Shown piece after piece: positions 1 to 7,961 of a DNA stretch of 64,000 nucleotides (positions are counted from its first letter, which is position 1; every line of letters starts with the position of its first letter). Where the stretch lies: positions 1 through 64,000 of IMG/VR virus record IMGVR_UViG_3300028888_000006; one strand, 5' to 3'. Under the pieces are notes generated by a model. That model was not told where the DNA came from. It ran no database searches and worked only from the letters and a program-made list of their open reading frames with translations. The position numbers were made by a program, and so were the translations under genes. Source of the stretch: a virus (lineage: Duplodnaviria > Caudoviricetes).

Positions 1-2
1 CG

Positions 3-389
3 TTGACCATCCAGCCCGTGGACCTGAAGACCAGTTCGATGCCCGCCTACGACTTCCCGGATCATTTCGTGAAGATGCGGTACGACATCCAGGGAGACGA
101 ATACTCTGACGTTCTCCGCATGGTGCTTGACAGCATTCCGGAATATCAGGATTACACCATCCTTCCATATCTTTTCACCGATGTGAGCCGCACGGACATG
201 GTTCCGGTCACTTACACCTATGATCAGACGGCTGGCTTGTCCTTCACGAAGGGAGACAAGACCTACACTTACAAGAGATGGGATGACCTGCTCGACGAGA
301 TCATCACATATGAGGAAAGCGAGTCGAAGGTTCCGAACTATATCACGACTGTCGGTCCGAATGACCTGATGGCCATCATCTCGAGATAG
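3..389 (+). CDS. hypothetical phage protein (5'-partial)
   Basis: Open from the window edge to TAG at 389; co-directional with the downstream genes. Confidence 0.6.
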   Translation: MTIQPVDLKTSSMPAYDFPDHFVKMRYDIQGDEYSDVLRMVLDSIPEYQDYTILPYLFTDVSRTDMVPVTYTYDQTAGLSFTKGDKTYTYKRWDDLLDEIITYEESESKVPNYITTVGPNDLMAIISR

Positions 390-397
390 GAGGTCGG

Positions 398-841
398 ATG
401 GGAAGGATTATCATTCCGCTTTATTATTGCAAGTCTAAGGTCCCGCTCGTCCTCTTCAGAACGGGCGGAGACGAGAAGCGGATCGGTTTCATCGACACCG
501 GTTCAGAGGTTTCCATGTTCGATCCGTCGCTCATGGATGAAGGATTCGAATCCGTGGAGTCTTCCGGCGAGACGAATTTCGTCGGAGTGAACGGCGAGGG
601 AGAATCCACAAAAGTCGAGCTCATCAAAGGCGATGTTGTATTCAGCGAGAAGAACGGAGAACGCCATGCTGTCGATACTCTTGGCGTCACCTATGATTTC
701 TCCGCCTTGACCGATGCGTTCCGCAGGAAGACCGAGAAGAATATATCTATTTCTGCAATCTTCGGCTCAGACTTTTTGAAGGAGTATAACGCAAAGATTG
801 ATTATAAGAACAAGACATTGACAATTGATCATGAAATTTGA
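398..841 (+). CDS. retropepsin-like (clan AA) aspartic protease
   Basis: FIDTGS catalytic motif and C-terminal AIFGSDFL motif; single-domain size; GGAGG upstream of ATG. Confidence 0.8.
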   Translation: MGRIIIPLYYCKSKVPLVLFRTGGDEKRIGFIDTGSEVSMFDPSLMDEGFESVESSGETNFVGVNGEGESTKVELIKGDVVFSEKNGERHAVDTLGVTYDFSALTDAFRRKTEKNISISAIFGSDFLKEYNAKIDYKNKTLTIDHEI

Positions 842-998
842 GACAACAGCCGTTTTATATAAGGTTACAGACAAATTGAATGAACTGCGAACCCTCCTCG
901 ATGATTATATGTATCGGGGAGGGAATATTCCTGAAGAAGATCATAAATACTGCCGGAAGGTTTATGATTCTATTTGCAAGACACTTGATTTGCTATGA
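831..998 (+). CDS. small hypothetical protein (55 aa)
   Basis: Hand-translated MKFETTAVLY...DLL; overlaps the previous gene end and is ATGA-coupled to the next gene. Confidence 0.55.
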   Translation: MKFETTAVLYKVTDKLNELRTLLDDYMYRGGNIPEEDHKYCRKVYDSICKTLDLL

Positions 999-1132
999 GT
1001 TGGAAAGACAAGAACTTCGGTAAGTCCCCGTTCGATCCGGACTACCGAGATAACTACGACGCGGATGCTGACCGCGAAGCCTATGACGAGGCGTGCGAGG
1101 AGAGAGAGCAGAGAAGGAGAGAAAGTAACTAA
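995..1132 (+). CDS. small charged hypothetical protein (45 aa)
   Basis: Hand-translated MSWKDKNFGKSPFDPDY...; ATGA coupling. Confidence 0.55.
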   Translation: MSWKDKNFGKSPFDPDYRDNYDADADREAYDEACEEREQRRRESN

Positions 1133-1143
1133 TTACGGCCCTT

Positions 1144-1284
1144 ATGAATAAAGAAGAAAAAATAATTGAAGCCGCACGGGAATGTGCATCTTGCTATTTC
1201 ATTAAGGAATGGAAGGACAAACTACCGACCGCGATGGCTGAATTAGACCGACTTTTGAAAGATTACTACAAAGAAAAAAGGTAG
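1144..1284 (+). CDS. small hypothetical protein (46 aa)
   Basis: Hand-translated MNKEEKIIEAARECA...; fills the operon gap. Confidence 0.5.
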   Translation: MNKEEKIIEAARECASCYFIKEWKDKLPTAMAELDRLLKDYYKEKR

Positions 1285-1303
1285 TTACTTTTTCGGCCCT
1301 ACT

Positions 1304-1432
1304 ATGAACTTTGAGAATTTGAAACCGCTAACGAAAGCCGATGCCGGAGCAACCGCCATTGACCTTATGTCGGGGAAGTGGTTGGTATGGGACGGAGAGC
1401 GGTGGTTGGAACTTATCTATTTTCGGCCCTAA
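1304..1432 (+). CDS. small hypothetical protein (42 aa)
   Basis: Hand-translated MNFENLKPLT...WLVWDGERWLEL. Confidence 0.45.
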   Translation: MNFENLKPLTKADAGATAIDLMSGKWLVWDGERWLELIYFRP

Positions 1433-1443
1433 TTGATTGAGAT

Positions 1444-2121
1444 ATGAACTACGAAAAGAAATACAAGAACGCCTTGACGATTGCGCGGAGCCGTTTCAAA
1501 ATTGAGAAGGACGAGTCGGTATTGACTTGCCTTGGAATGATGTTCCCCGAACTCCGCGAGAGCGAGGAAGAGATGACGCGTAAAAAAGCAATAGCGATAT
1601 TAAAACAACAACGAGACTATTGGAGTTATGACGGGCCAATAGATAAATTTCCGCCAGCAACGCCGAGGAAAGACCTTGTTGATGCCATTGATGTCGCTCT
1701 ATCATACCTCGAAAAGCAGAAAGAGCAGAAGCCCGCAGAGTGGAGCGATGAGGATGAAAAGATGCTGGCCGATATCATTTTTAAGTTGGCCGGGTTTATG
1801 GGGAATGGAAAGAATATTGCTTGGCTCAAATCCCTCCGTCCGCAACCGCAAGGAACATATAAGTTGATTGTTCACAACATTTACGAAATGTTGAAGGATA
1901 AGGATTTCTTCGATATTACACCAAGTCATCGTGTCTCTTTACTTAATGACATTCGTGTTAGGTGTAAGAATGCTGACGAACAAGCTGAAATCCTTGACGT
2001 TCCTTCTTGGAAACCCAGCGAGGAACAGATGAAGGCACTTGAAGTTGCCTTCCGAAAGGACGGGGATGACAATTATCGAAACGCTATCAATTCTTTGTAT
2101 AACGATTTGAAGAAGTTATAG
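1444..2121 (+). CDS. Bacteroidales-phage modular hypothetical protein
   Basis: MNYEKKYK start, FPELRESE, WSDEDEKM, WLKSLRPQ and WKPSEEQMKAL motifs, which recur in Bacteroidales phage proteins. Confidence 0.75.
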   Translation: MNYEKKYKNALTIARSRFKIEKDESVLTCLGMMFPELRESEEEMTRKKAIAILKQQRDYWSYDGPIDKFPPATPRKDLVDAIDVALSYLEKQKEQKPAEWSDEDEKMLADIIFKLAGFMGNGKNIAWLKSLRPQPQGTYKLIVHNIYEMLKDKDFFDITPSHRVSLLNDIRVRCKNADEQAEILDVPSWKPSEEQMKALEVAFRKDGDDNYRNAINSLYNDLKKL

Positions 2122-2123
2122 CC

Positions 2124-3101
2124 ATGACAAACACTGAACTGTTCGCCAAGATAAAGGCCGAGATTGACAAGAGATACGCCGAGTACAGAGAAAAGATGAA
2201 GACCGACGACTTCACCTACTACGAAGGTATGGCTGACGCTCTTGACCTTTTCGAGCAATTCATTGACACCCTGGAATCGGAAAAGCCGATTAATCCAGAA
2301 GCGGCCATGAAAGAAATTGAGGAGAAGATTGCCCTTGTTAAGCAGAGGGGAACTTGGGACGGAGTAGATGTCGATAAGTTCATGGACGAAGTGAGAGGCA
2401 GAGAGCCGGAAAAGCCGATGGTTCTGGAGGAGGAATTGAAGAAGGAGATTAAGAAAAAGTATGACCAAGCAAAATGGGGATATGTTGATGGGGTTGGTTC
2501 TGTGGTTATGGACAAAGGCCAATTTATCCGTATCGCCCGTCACTTCGCCGAATGGGGTGCTAAACATCTTGCCAGCACCGGCAAAACATTAGCGATTAAA
2601 CCCGGCGATGAGATAACTATCAATGGCCACAAGATTATCTACGACAAGGATAAGGGCTATGTAACGATAGTCAAAAGCGAAGAAAGTGTCCCGAATGACC
2701 TTGAAGAGGCGGCGAAGGGTTATAGAGAAACAAAAATTGCCAATGGTTATTTTTTCAAAATAAAAGGGACGAAACCATTATGTTATTTGGATGACTTAAT
2801 ACCCGCCTTCATCGCCGGAGCAAATTGGCAGAAGGAGCAGATGATGAAGAATGGAAATGTAATCTTGTCCGAGGAGGACTTTGATGCAGAAAAGGAAAAG
2901 TCGGTGGAGTGGGGCTACAGTCTATGCAAAGAGCAGATGATGAAGGAGGCGATTCATTACGTTGTTCAAGACGATTTGGATTCTCACGGGGCGTCGTATA
3001 ATATTCCTTTTATCCGTATAGGAATAGCCGCACTTAAACCGAAAGGTATTGGAGTAGGCGATAAGGTTCGCATCATCATCGTAAAGGAGGACGAGAAATG
3101 A
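2124..3101 (+). CDS. modular hypothetical phage protein
   Basis: 325-aa ORF with DLEEAAK, AFIAGANWQKEQMMK and GDKVRIIIVKED segments typical of mosaic Bacteroidales phage proteins. Confidence 0.75.
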   Translation: MTNTELFAKIKAEIDKRYAEYREKMKTDDFTYYEGMADALDLFEQFIDTLESEKPINPEAAMKEIEEKIALVKQRGTWDGVDVDKFMDEVRGREPEKPMVLEEELKKEIKKKYDQAKWGYVDGVGSVVMDKGQFIRIARHFAEWGAKHLASTGKTLAIKPGDEITINGHKIIYDKDKGYVTIVKSEESVPNDLEEAAKGYRETKIANGYFFKIKGTKPLCYLDDLIPAFIAGANWQKEQMMKNGNVILSEEDFDAEKEKSVEWGYSLCKEQMMKEAIHYVVQDDLDSHGASYNIPFIRIGIAALKPKGIGVGDKVRIIIVKEDEK

Positions 3102-3274
3102 CCGAAGAAGAATTAAAGGCATCTGTTCGGGAAAAGATGTCGAAAAGCATGAATGAAGGATTAAATCCACTCATCCCGAAGGTTGTTGAGATTATCGCAT
3201 CCGCATATCAAACTGGTTTTTGGGCAGGATTTGACATCGGGAAAACCGTCCAGCCAAAGGAGGATGGGAAATGA
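3098..3274 (+). CDS. small hypothetical protein (58 aa)
   Basis: Hand-translated; ATGA coupling at both ends; AAGGAGG upstream. Confidence 0.6.
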   Translation: MTEEELKASVREKMSKSMNEGLNPLIPKVVEIIASAYQTGFWAGFDIGKTVQPKEDGK

Positions 3275-3332
3275 GCGACTACGACTTCTTGAAGATTTGC
3301 ATTGAAATAACTAACTATCGGGAGTGGAAAGA

Positions 3333-3524
3333 ATGAAACCATTTAGGATAATACTAATCGCAAAAGCGATATTTCTATCACTCGTCTATATACTTCTTGT
3401 TATCGTGGTATATGTCGCCATAGCGAAACTATCTGGAGATGACATAACTCTTGAAAGTGTAACGTTAACGATTGTGACTTCTGCGATACTATTACACTTC
3501 TTGGACAAAGAAGATCAAGAGTAG
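3333..3524 (+). CDS. small two-TM membrane protein
   Basis: Two hydrophobic stretches; ATG at 3333 preferred to GTG at 3324. Confidence 0.55.
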   Translation: MKPFRIILIAKAIFLSLVYILLVIVVYVAIAKLSGDDITLESVTLTIVTSAILLHFLDKEDQE

Positions 3525-3541
3525 AAAAAGGAGGACGAGAA

Positions 3542-3778
3542 ATGAGCAAGGCAGAAGAACGAGCATTGGTGGCATATCCAGATTATCCGACTATGGATGG
3601 AGGATATGTTACTCAAAGACGGCCAAGAAAGGTATTCGTTCAAGGATACAAACAAGCCGAGAACGACATCATCTCAATCATCGGAACACGCCTCTCCGAA
3701 ATTATCGGTGATGCACAACCGAAACCCGCACTACGGGCAGAACTGGAAGACCTAATCAAACAAATTAAGGATGAATAA
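3542..3778 (+). CDS. hypothetical phage protein
   Basis: MSKAEERALVAYP...FVQGYKQAE pattern common in Bacteroidales phages; strong SD. Confidence 0.7.
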   Translation: MSKAEERALVAYPDYPTMDGGYVTQRRPRKVFVQGYKQAENDIISIIGTRLSEIIGDAQPKPALRAELEDLIKQIKDE

Positions 3779-4208
3779 GGTGTTTCTATACAACGATGTG
3801 TCCGGCTATGAGAAGGAATACCAGTCGGTAAGCGAAGCGGCGAGGATTCTTGGAATACCTCGCTCACAACTCGAATACGCGATGCGGTCTGGCAAAAAGT
3901 TGTGCGGGTATCTTATCCGTTCCTTCTCCGTCCATTCTAAGGAGGTGAAGATAAGCAATGACCCGGTTCGTATCGAACTGGACATCCCGCATTATGCAAC
4001 AATTGAGGGTAAACACTTTGTGGCCGTCAAGTGCGAGAACAAGACGAAATGCTCTGAATGCGACATCTTCAAACTCGACCCACCGATGTCTATGATTCAG
4101 TCTCCATTGTGCTATAAGTACAACTGCGGGACGCACAAGATTGTAGATGTTTGTTCAAGATACAAGTGTATATGGAAAAGAAAACGAAAAAGTACATCAT
4201 TGAAATGA
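3771..4208 (+). CDS. NUMOD1-like HTH plus Cys-rich domain protein
   Basis: EYQSVSEAARILGIPRSQLEYA...LCGY resembles a NUMOD1-type HTH; CSEC and further Cys residues in the C-terminal half. Confidence 0.6.
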   Translation: MNKVFLYNDVSGYEKEYQSVSEAARILGIPRSQLEYAMRSGKKLCGYLIRSFSVHSKEVKISNDPVRIELDIPHYATIEGKHFVAVKCENKTKCSECDIFKLDPPMSMIQSPLCYKYNCGTHKIVDVCSRYKCIWKRKRKSTSLK

Positions 4209-4630
4209 ACGAAAGGCAAGCCCGGCTGTTGTCCTGGGCCCTGGACACGCTTCCGCGCTTGATTGAGGGTCAGGAACATTCCTTCCAGGATCTGCTCGAA
4301 CAAGCTTGGGAAAAGCGTTGCAAGGAGGCCACCGGGAAGATGATGGACGACGAGTTGGACGGCGGCTGGTATCAGATGCGCCATGATGCCGAACAGGCCT
4401 GCCTGAAAATCAAACGCCGCTTCTGGGGCCTTCCGCCGAACACGCTGAACGGAATCCACTACGATGATACGGCGGACATCCTTTGGGATATGCACCAAGC
4501 AATCCGTTACCAACTTTGGAAGGATAACCCCGACCCGAACAAATCAACCATCACCGTTGATGCTTTTCCGGCACACCAATTCGGGAATGAACCACTAATC
4601 AAAGTAACGAGCAAAGATGACCAAGACTAA
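4151..4630 (+). CDS. hypothetical phage protein
   Basis: Long ORF in the operon; true start may be the internal MEKKTKKY. Confidence 0.65.
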   Translation: MFKIQVYMEKKTKKYIIEMNERQARLLSWALDTLPRLIEGQEHSFQDLLEQAWEKRCKEATGKMMDDELDGGWYQMRHDAEQACLKIKRRFWGLPPNTLNGIHYDDTADILWDMHQAIRYQLWKDNPDPNKSTITVDAFPAHQFGNEPLIKVTSKDDQD

Positions 4631-4799
4631 CTACCTACTCTGCCCCGGCGAGGCTTGTCCCTTGCGAATGACTTGCCGGAGACATCAAGAATGGCTCAAC
4701 AACGAGGATGACGAGGCAGACGAAATGGAACCAGCGTACAATTATAAGATTGGAAATTGTGAAAGATTCGACATCAATAACTACTATTACGGCGGTTGA
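4617..4799 (+). CDS. small Cys-rich protein
   Basis: CPGEACPLRMTCRRH...CERF pattern. Confidence 0.5.
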   Translation: MTKTNYLLCPGEACPLRMTCRRHQEWLNNEDDEADEMEPAYNYKIGNCERFDINNYYYGG

Positions 4800-4959
4800 T
4801 GAACCGAAGGGATTCATTACATTCGGACCAAGAGATAGTTTTTATGCTTGTGTCCAAGTATGTTATGTGCCTACCAACGAGCAGATTGCAAATATTCAAA
4901 AATATTTTGGGTGGGATTTTATTACTCCAGAAGAATTGAAACGGTACAATGAAGGCTGA
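4708..4959 (+). CDS. hypothetical protein
   Basis: Fills the gap to the next gene but overlaps the previous ORF by ~90 nt; start uncertain. Confidence 0.4.
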   Translation: MTRQTKWNQRTIIRLEIVKDSTSITTITAVDEPKGFITFGPRDSFYACVQVCYVPTNEQIANIQKYFGWDFITPEELKRYNEG

Positions 4960-5395
4960 TTTGATTGAGAGATTGTCTTGGCAAGACATCAAGGAGATTG
5001 ATGAAATTCTTTTTCAACTATGTAGTGATGACTTTTGCGATGAGGAAGAATATTATTCCAAAGTGATCACAAGGTTGAACAAGCAGAATAAAACACTGCC
5101 AGCTTGTAAGGATAGGTACAAAGAAATCCTTCCGATCGCTGAAAGTATCGTTGGTGAGAAAAACCGGAGGGAGCGAACATTTGAATTGACTGTTCTTAGA
5201 TGCATGATTGCAAGTCGCCTTAAAGAAGAGGGGTATACGCTCACAAATATCTCAAAAGCAATGGGTTATGATCATTCCACGGTCATATTCTATTTTAAGA
5301 AAAAGGCAGACTTCTTTGCCCTTCCGCTGATGTACGAGCGAGAAGTAAGATGGTTCAAAGCATTTGATGAAGCGTTGAAAAATGAAGGAAATTGA
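4949..5395 (+). CDS. HTH protein with DnaA C-terminal-like motif
   Basis: GYTLTNISKAMGYDHSTVIFY resembles the DnaA domain IV 'rDHSTV' signature. Confidence 0.65.
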   Translation: MKADLIERLSWQDIKEIDEILFQLCSDDFCDEEEYYSKVITRLNKQNKTLPACKDRYKEILPIAESIVGEKNRRERTFELTVLRCMIASRLKEEGYTLTNISKAMGYDHSTVIFYFKKKADFFALPLMYEREVRWFKAFDEALKNEGN

Positions 5396-5594
5396 AACAA
5401 CCGAACAGTCCATGTACACAATCATGCGTGAGATGGACCTCAAAACTAAACTTATCGTTTCAATTGACAGCTGGACGCTGGCAAGAAATTATGCATTAAT
5501 TCTCGAGAAAGATTTTGGTGTCAAGTTTCGAGTCAGAAGAATGCAGACAAGAAATACGAAAAGAAACTTCATTCTTGTCGAGCGCATCCGTTAA
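5382..5594 (+). CDS. small basic protein, possible DNA-binding protein or excisionase
   Basis: 70 aa with Arg/Lys-rich C-terminus; convergent with and overlapping the integrase 3' end. Confidence 0.5.
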   Translation: MKEIETTEQSMYTIMREMDLKTKLIVSIDSWTLARNYALILEKDFGVKFRVRRMQTRNTKRNFILVERIR

Positions 5595-6804
5595 CAAAGT
5601 CTATAACCGTTCTATTGGCAGCATCCACGGCCTGCTGATTGAATTTGACATATATGAGGGTGGTCCTATTTCCCGATGAATGCCCGAGTGCCTGTGAGAT
5701 GACATCCAACGGGACACCCGCTTCATAGGCAAAGGTGGCCCAGCAATGGCGTGCGTAGTAGGTGGAGATTCCCGGAATGACGGGCTTGACGGTTTTTATT
5801 AGTCGTGGTGTACCGAACAGGTCCTCGGGGTCCGGGACCATCTCCACCACTTCCTCGCCTATCATCTTCAGGTGGTCGTTCATTTCGTGGGCGAAACTTT
5901 TATAGTGTTTGCATCCATCCATCGCCATAAGGAGATAGTTACTGCCCTTGTATCTTTTCAGGAGTTCCTCGGCTTCCGGTTCTATCCGGATCGAATATTT
6001 CTTGTGCGTCTTCTCGCGGATATACTCGAGGCGTCCGTTTACTAAATTACCCTTGCGAGCCAATAACAGGTCCTTGGAGTTGATTCCGATGAGATAAAAC
6101 ATGAGGAGGAAGTAGTCTCGGAACATTGCGTTCCTTCCGGATGCCGGATAGTCGAGGAACTTTCTGAAGAGTTCCACCGATACGCTCCGTTTCCTTGTCG
6201 GTTCCTGCCTGATGGAGAAGTTCTGGAACGGATAGGACGAGATGACATTCGTGTGCAGTGCGTAGTTGCACACCGCCCGGAGACTCCGGAGATAAATTGC
6301 CCGACCATTCACCCCCTGAGTCTTCGCCAAAAACATCTCGAACTGATGAAGCCATTTCAAATTTATGTTTTCCATCTTCAGTGCCTTACCTCCGAACGCA
6401 AGCACTTTCGCGAGAGTCGTACGATAGATTTCTTTCGTTCCCTCCGTAATATCGGTCGCAAGATATTCCGCAAACAAATCTGAAACAAGATGAACTGGTT
6501 GAATAACTTTCTTTTCCGTTATCGCCTGCTTGATTTGTGGGGCCGTCATTGAATCGAATTTATCATCTATGGATAGATAGGCAATAGACTTATCGATGGA
6601 TGATTTCTTCTCTGTTAATCTTGCATTAATAGCATCACAACCGGCTACACGAACAACATGATTACCATCCCATTCATTCGGCTTTACGCGAATACCGGTA
6701 GGAATCATAGCCGTAGTCCGATTATGATAGATAGTGATGACGATGCTTCCTTTCCCGTCCTTCGCCTTCCCGCGAAGATCCAGGTAAAACCTTGTTGTTG
6801 CCAT
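5569..6804 (-). CDS. int: tyrosine recombinase / phage integrase (Bacteroidota type: arm-binding, SAM-like and catalytic domains)
   Basis: N-terminal FYLDLRG..KDGK..I.I.I.HN...IPTGI.V...EW arm domain; catalytic GIN.KD, YIREKT, TYYARHCWAT, ALGHS, TTLIY. ATG 6804 lies just downstream of a TAnnTTTG promoter. Confidence 0.93.
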   Translation of the reverse strand: MATTRFYLDLRGKAKDGKGSIVITIYHNRTTAMIPTGIRVKPNEWDGNHVVRVAGCDAINARLTEKKSSIDKSIAYLSIDDKFDSMTAPQIKQAITEKKVIQPVHLVSDLFAEYLATDITEGTKEIYRTTLAKVLAFGGKALKMENINLKWLHQFEMFLAKTQGVNGRAIYLRSLRAVCNYALHTNVISSYPFQNFSIRQEPTRKRSVSVELFRKFLDYPASGRNAMFRDYFLLMFYLIGINSKDLLLARKGNLVNGRLEYIREKTHKKYSIRIEPEAEELLKRYKGSNYLLMAMDGCKHYKSFAHEMNDHLKMIGEEVVEMVPDPEDLFGTPRLIKTVKPVIPGISTYYARHCWATFAYEAGVPLDVISQALGHSSGNRTTLIYVKFNQQAVDAANRTVIDFVNGCARQE

Positions 6805-6820
6805 ATTGCGTGTGTTTGGA

Positions 6821-6828
6821 CAAATATA
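6821..6828 (-). promoter_or_regulatory. Bacteroidota primary-sigma -7 element (TATATTTG) for int
   Basis: Matches TAnnTTTG, 17 nt upstream of the int ATG. Confidence 0.65.
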
Positions 6829-6837
6829 TAAATTTGT

Positions 6838-7079
6838 CTGCAAACAATTCCGCATAGCGTCATATGAGCCTGGAAGATGGATGTAGAAACAAAAATCCCG
6901 ATACTCAAGGTAATGAAACTAATCAAATGCTTGAATATCAGGACTTTACGATGTGGAGATAAGGGGATTCGAACCCCTGACCCCCTGCTTGCAAAGCAGT
7001 AGAACTCTCCGCTTAATCACATGACAGTCACATAAATACGAAACCGCAGAAATTATCCTGCAAAATATTCTGCAAAATG
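6838..7079 (+). repeat. candidate integrase arm-type sites, CYGCA(A/G/T)A direct repeats flanking attP
   Basis: CTGCAAAC 6838 and CCGCATAG 6850 on one side; CCGCAGAA 7044, CTGCAAAA 7058 and CTGCAAAA 7070 on the other; 12-14 bp spacing. Confidence 0.55.
6954..6999 (-). other. attP core: 3' half of tRNA-Ala(UGC)
   Basis: Minus strand CTGCTTTGCAAGCAGGGGGTCAGGGGTTCGAATCCCCTTATCTCCA comprises the anticodon arm (TGC), T-arm (GGTTCGAATCC) and acceptor 3' strand with U70/A73. No D-arm or 5' acceptor strand upstream; 150 bp from int. Confidence 0.88.
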
Positions 7080-7310
7080 TACTCGTTTTTAGAACAGCAT
7101 AACGATGGTAGCTGGTGGTACCATCCGGGATGCACTTACGAAACAGAAGGGAAAGCAAAACAGGGATTCAAAAAGATGTTTTGGTGGGATTTAGACAGAC
7201 CGCACAAAATCATATCGCATTCGATTCCTTTCCCTCAAGATATTTCTCGATGCACATTTGATATGGTGCATTTCAATTTTGCTGGTGGAAAATTTTTTAC
7301 ATTACAATAA
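7077..7310 (+). CDS. hypothetical protein (Trp-rich)
   Basis: ORF track; tightly packed with the next genes. Confidence 0.55.
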   Translation: MYSFLEQHNDGSWWYHPGCTYETEGKAKQGFKKMFWWDLDRPHKIISHSIPFPQDISRCTFDMVHFNFAGGKFFTLQ

Positions 7311-7311
7311 A

Positions 7312-7491
7312 ATGAACGACTTGATTTGGAAGAAGATTGTTCCCGGTAAGCAATATGATGAACAGATTCTGATGATCGATGTGACTCATCGCAATTATCC
7401 TAGAACTGGATTCGGTAACCGCTGGATGGGAACAGCAACGCACTACATTCCTGTGAAATTGTTGGAGAACATCTTGGAATACGAGAAATGA
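7312..7491 (+). CDS. small hypothetical protein
   Basis: ATG 7312 directly after the preceding TAA; ATGA-coupled to the next gene. Confidence 0.55.
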   Translation: MNDLIWKKIVPGKQYDEQILMIDVTHRNYPRTGFGNRWMGTATHYIPVKLLENILEYEK

Positions 7492-7961
7492 ACTACGATC
7501 TGACAAACAAAGAGAACAGGAAACGTTTCATCAATCGATGCAATGCTCTCCTGAAGAATCAGCGGAACAATGTCTGTCTGATTGATGAGTCCAACAGAAC
7601 TCTGAATCAGAACAGATATATCCATGTATTATGTAGGATACTTGCACAGGATGTCGGAGTTTCTGAGGAGTACGCCAAGCAGGTTTACTTTAAGGAATTG
7701 GCAAATCCGAATATCTTCATCACCTGCACAAAGGATCCGCTAACGAATTCATTCATCAAGATTACCCGAAGTACCGCAGATCTCAACATCAACGAGATGA
7801 GAAAGGCAATTGACGGGTTTATCCGGTGGGCGGCGGAAAATGGTTATGTGTTGCCTGAGGCTACGCTGAATGATGATGGAACAATGACATTCAATGACGA
7901 CCAGAATAATGAAGCGTTCCATCAAGCGGAAATTGAAACAAGTAAGGAGGAATGGATATAA
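7488..7961 (+). CDS. NinB/Orf-like recombination-associated protein
   Basis: RTLNQNRYIH and RSTADLNINEM...IDGFIRWAAENG.VLP match the NinB/YbcN-type pattern. Confidence 0.65.
   Translation: MNYDLTNKENRKRFINRCNALLKNQRNNVCLIDESNRTLNQNRYIHVLCRILAQDVGVSEEYAKQVYFKELANPNIFITCTKDPLTNSFIKITRSTADLNINEMRKAIDGFIRWAAENGYVLPEATLNDDGTMTFNDDQNNEAFHQAEIETSKEEWI

Larger units (their letters stand above)
3083..3545 (+). repeat. 19-bp gene-junction repeat AAAGGAGGACGAGAAATGA (3083-3101 and 3527-3545 exact; 3256-3274 17/19)
   Basis: Read directly from the sequence. Confidence 0.85.

Noticed and set aside
1136-3545. CRISPR or mini-array interpretation of the junction repeats
   Set aside because: Repeats are 7-19 bp with irregular, gene-sized spacing, and no cas genes are present.
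5569-6804. Integrase inactive because the first catalytic Arg and His are replaced (GIN.KD, YYAR)
   Set aside because: Such substitutions are common in Bacteroidota tyrosine integrases; the Lys, second Arg, LGH and Tyr are intact and the ORF is unbroken.
6946-7030. Full phage-encoded tRNA-Ala gene
   Set aside because: Sequence upstream of the anticodon stem has no D-arm or 5' acceptor strand; only the 3' half is present, so it is treated as attP.
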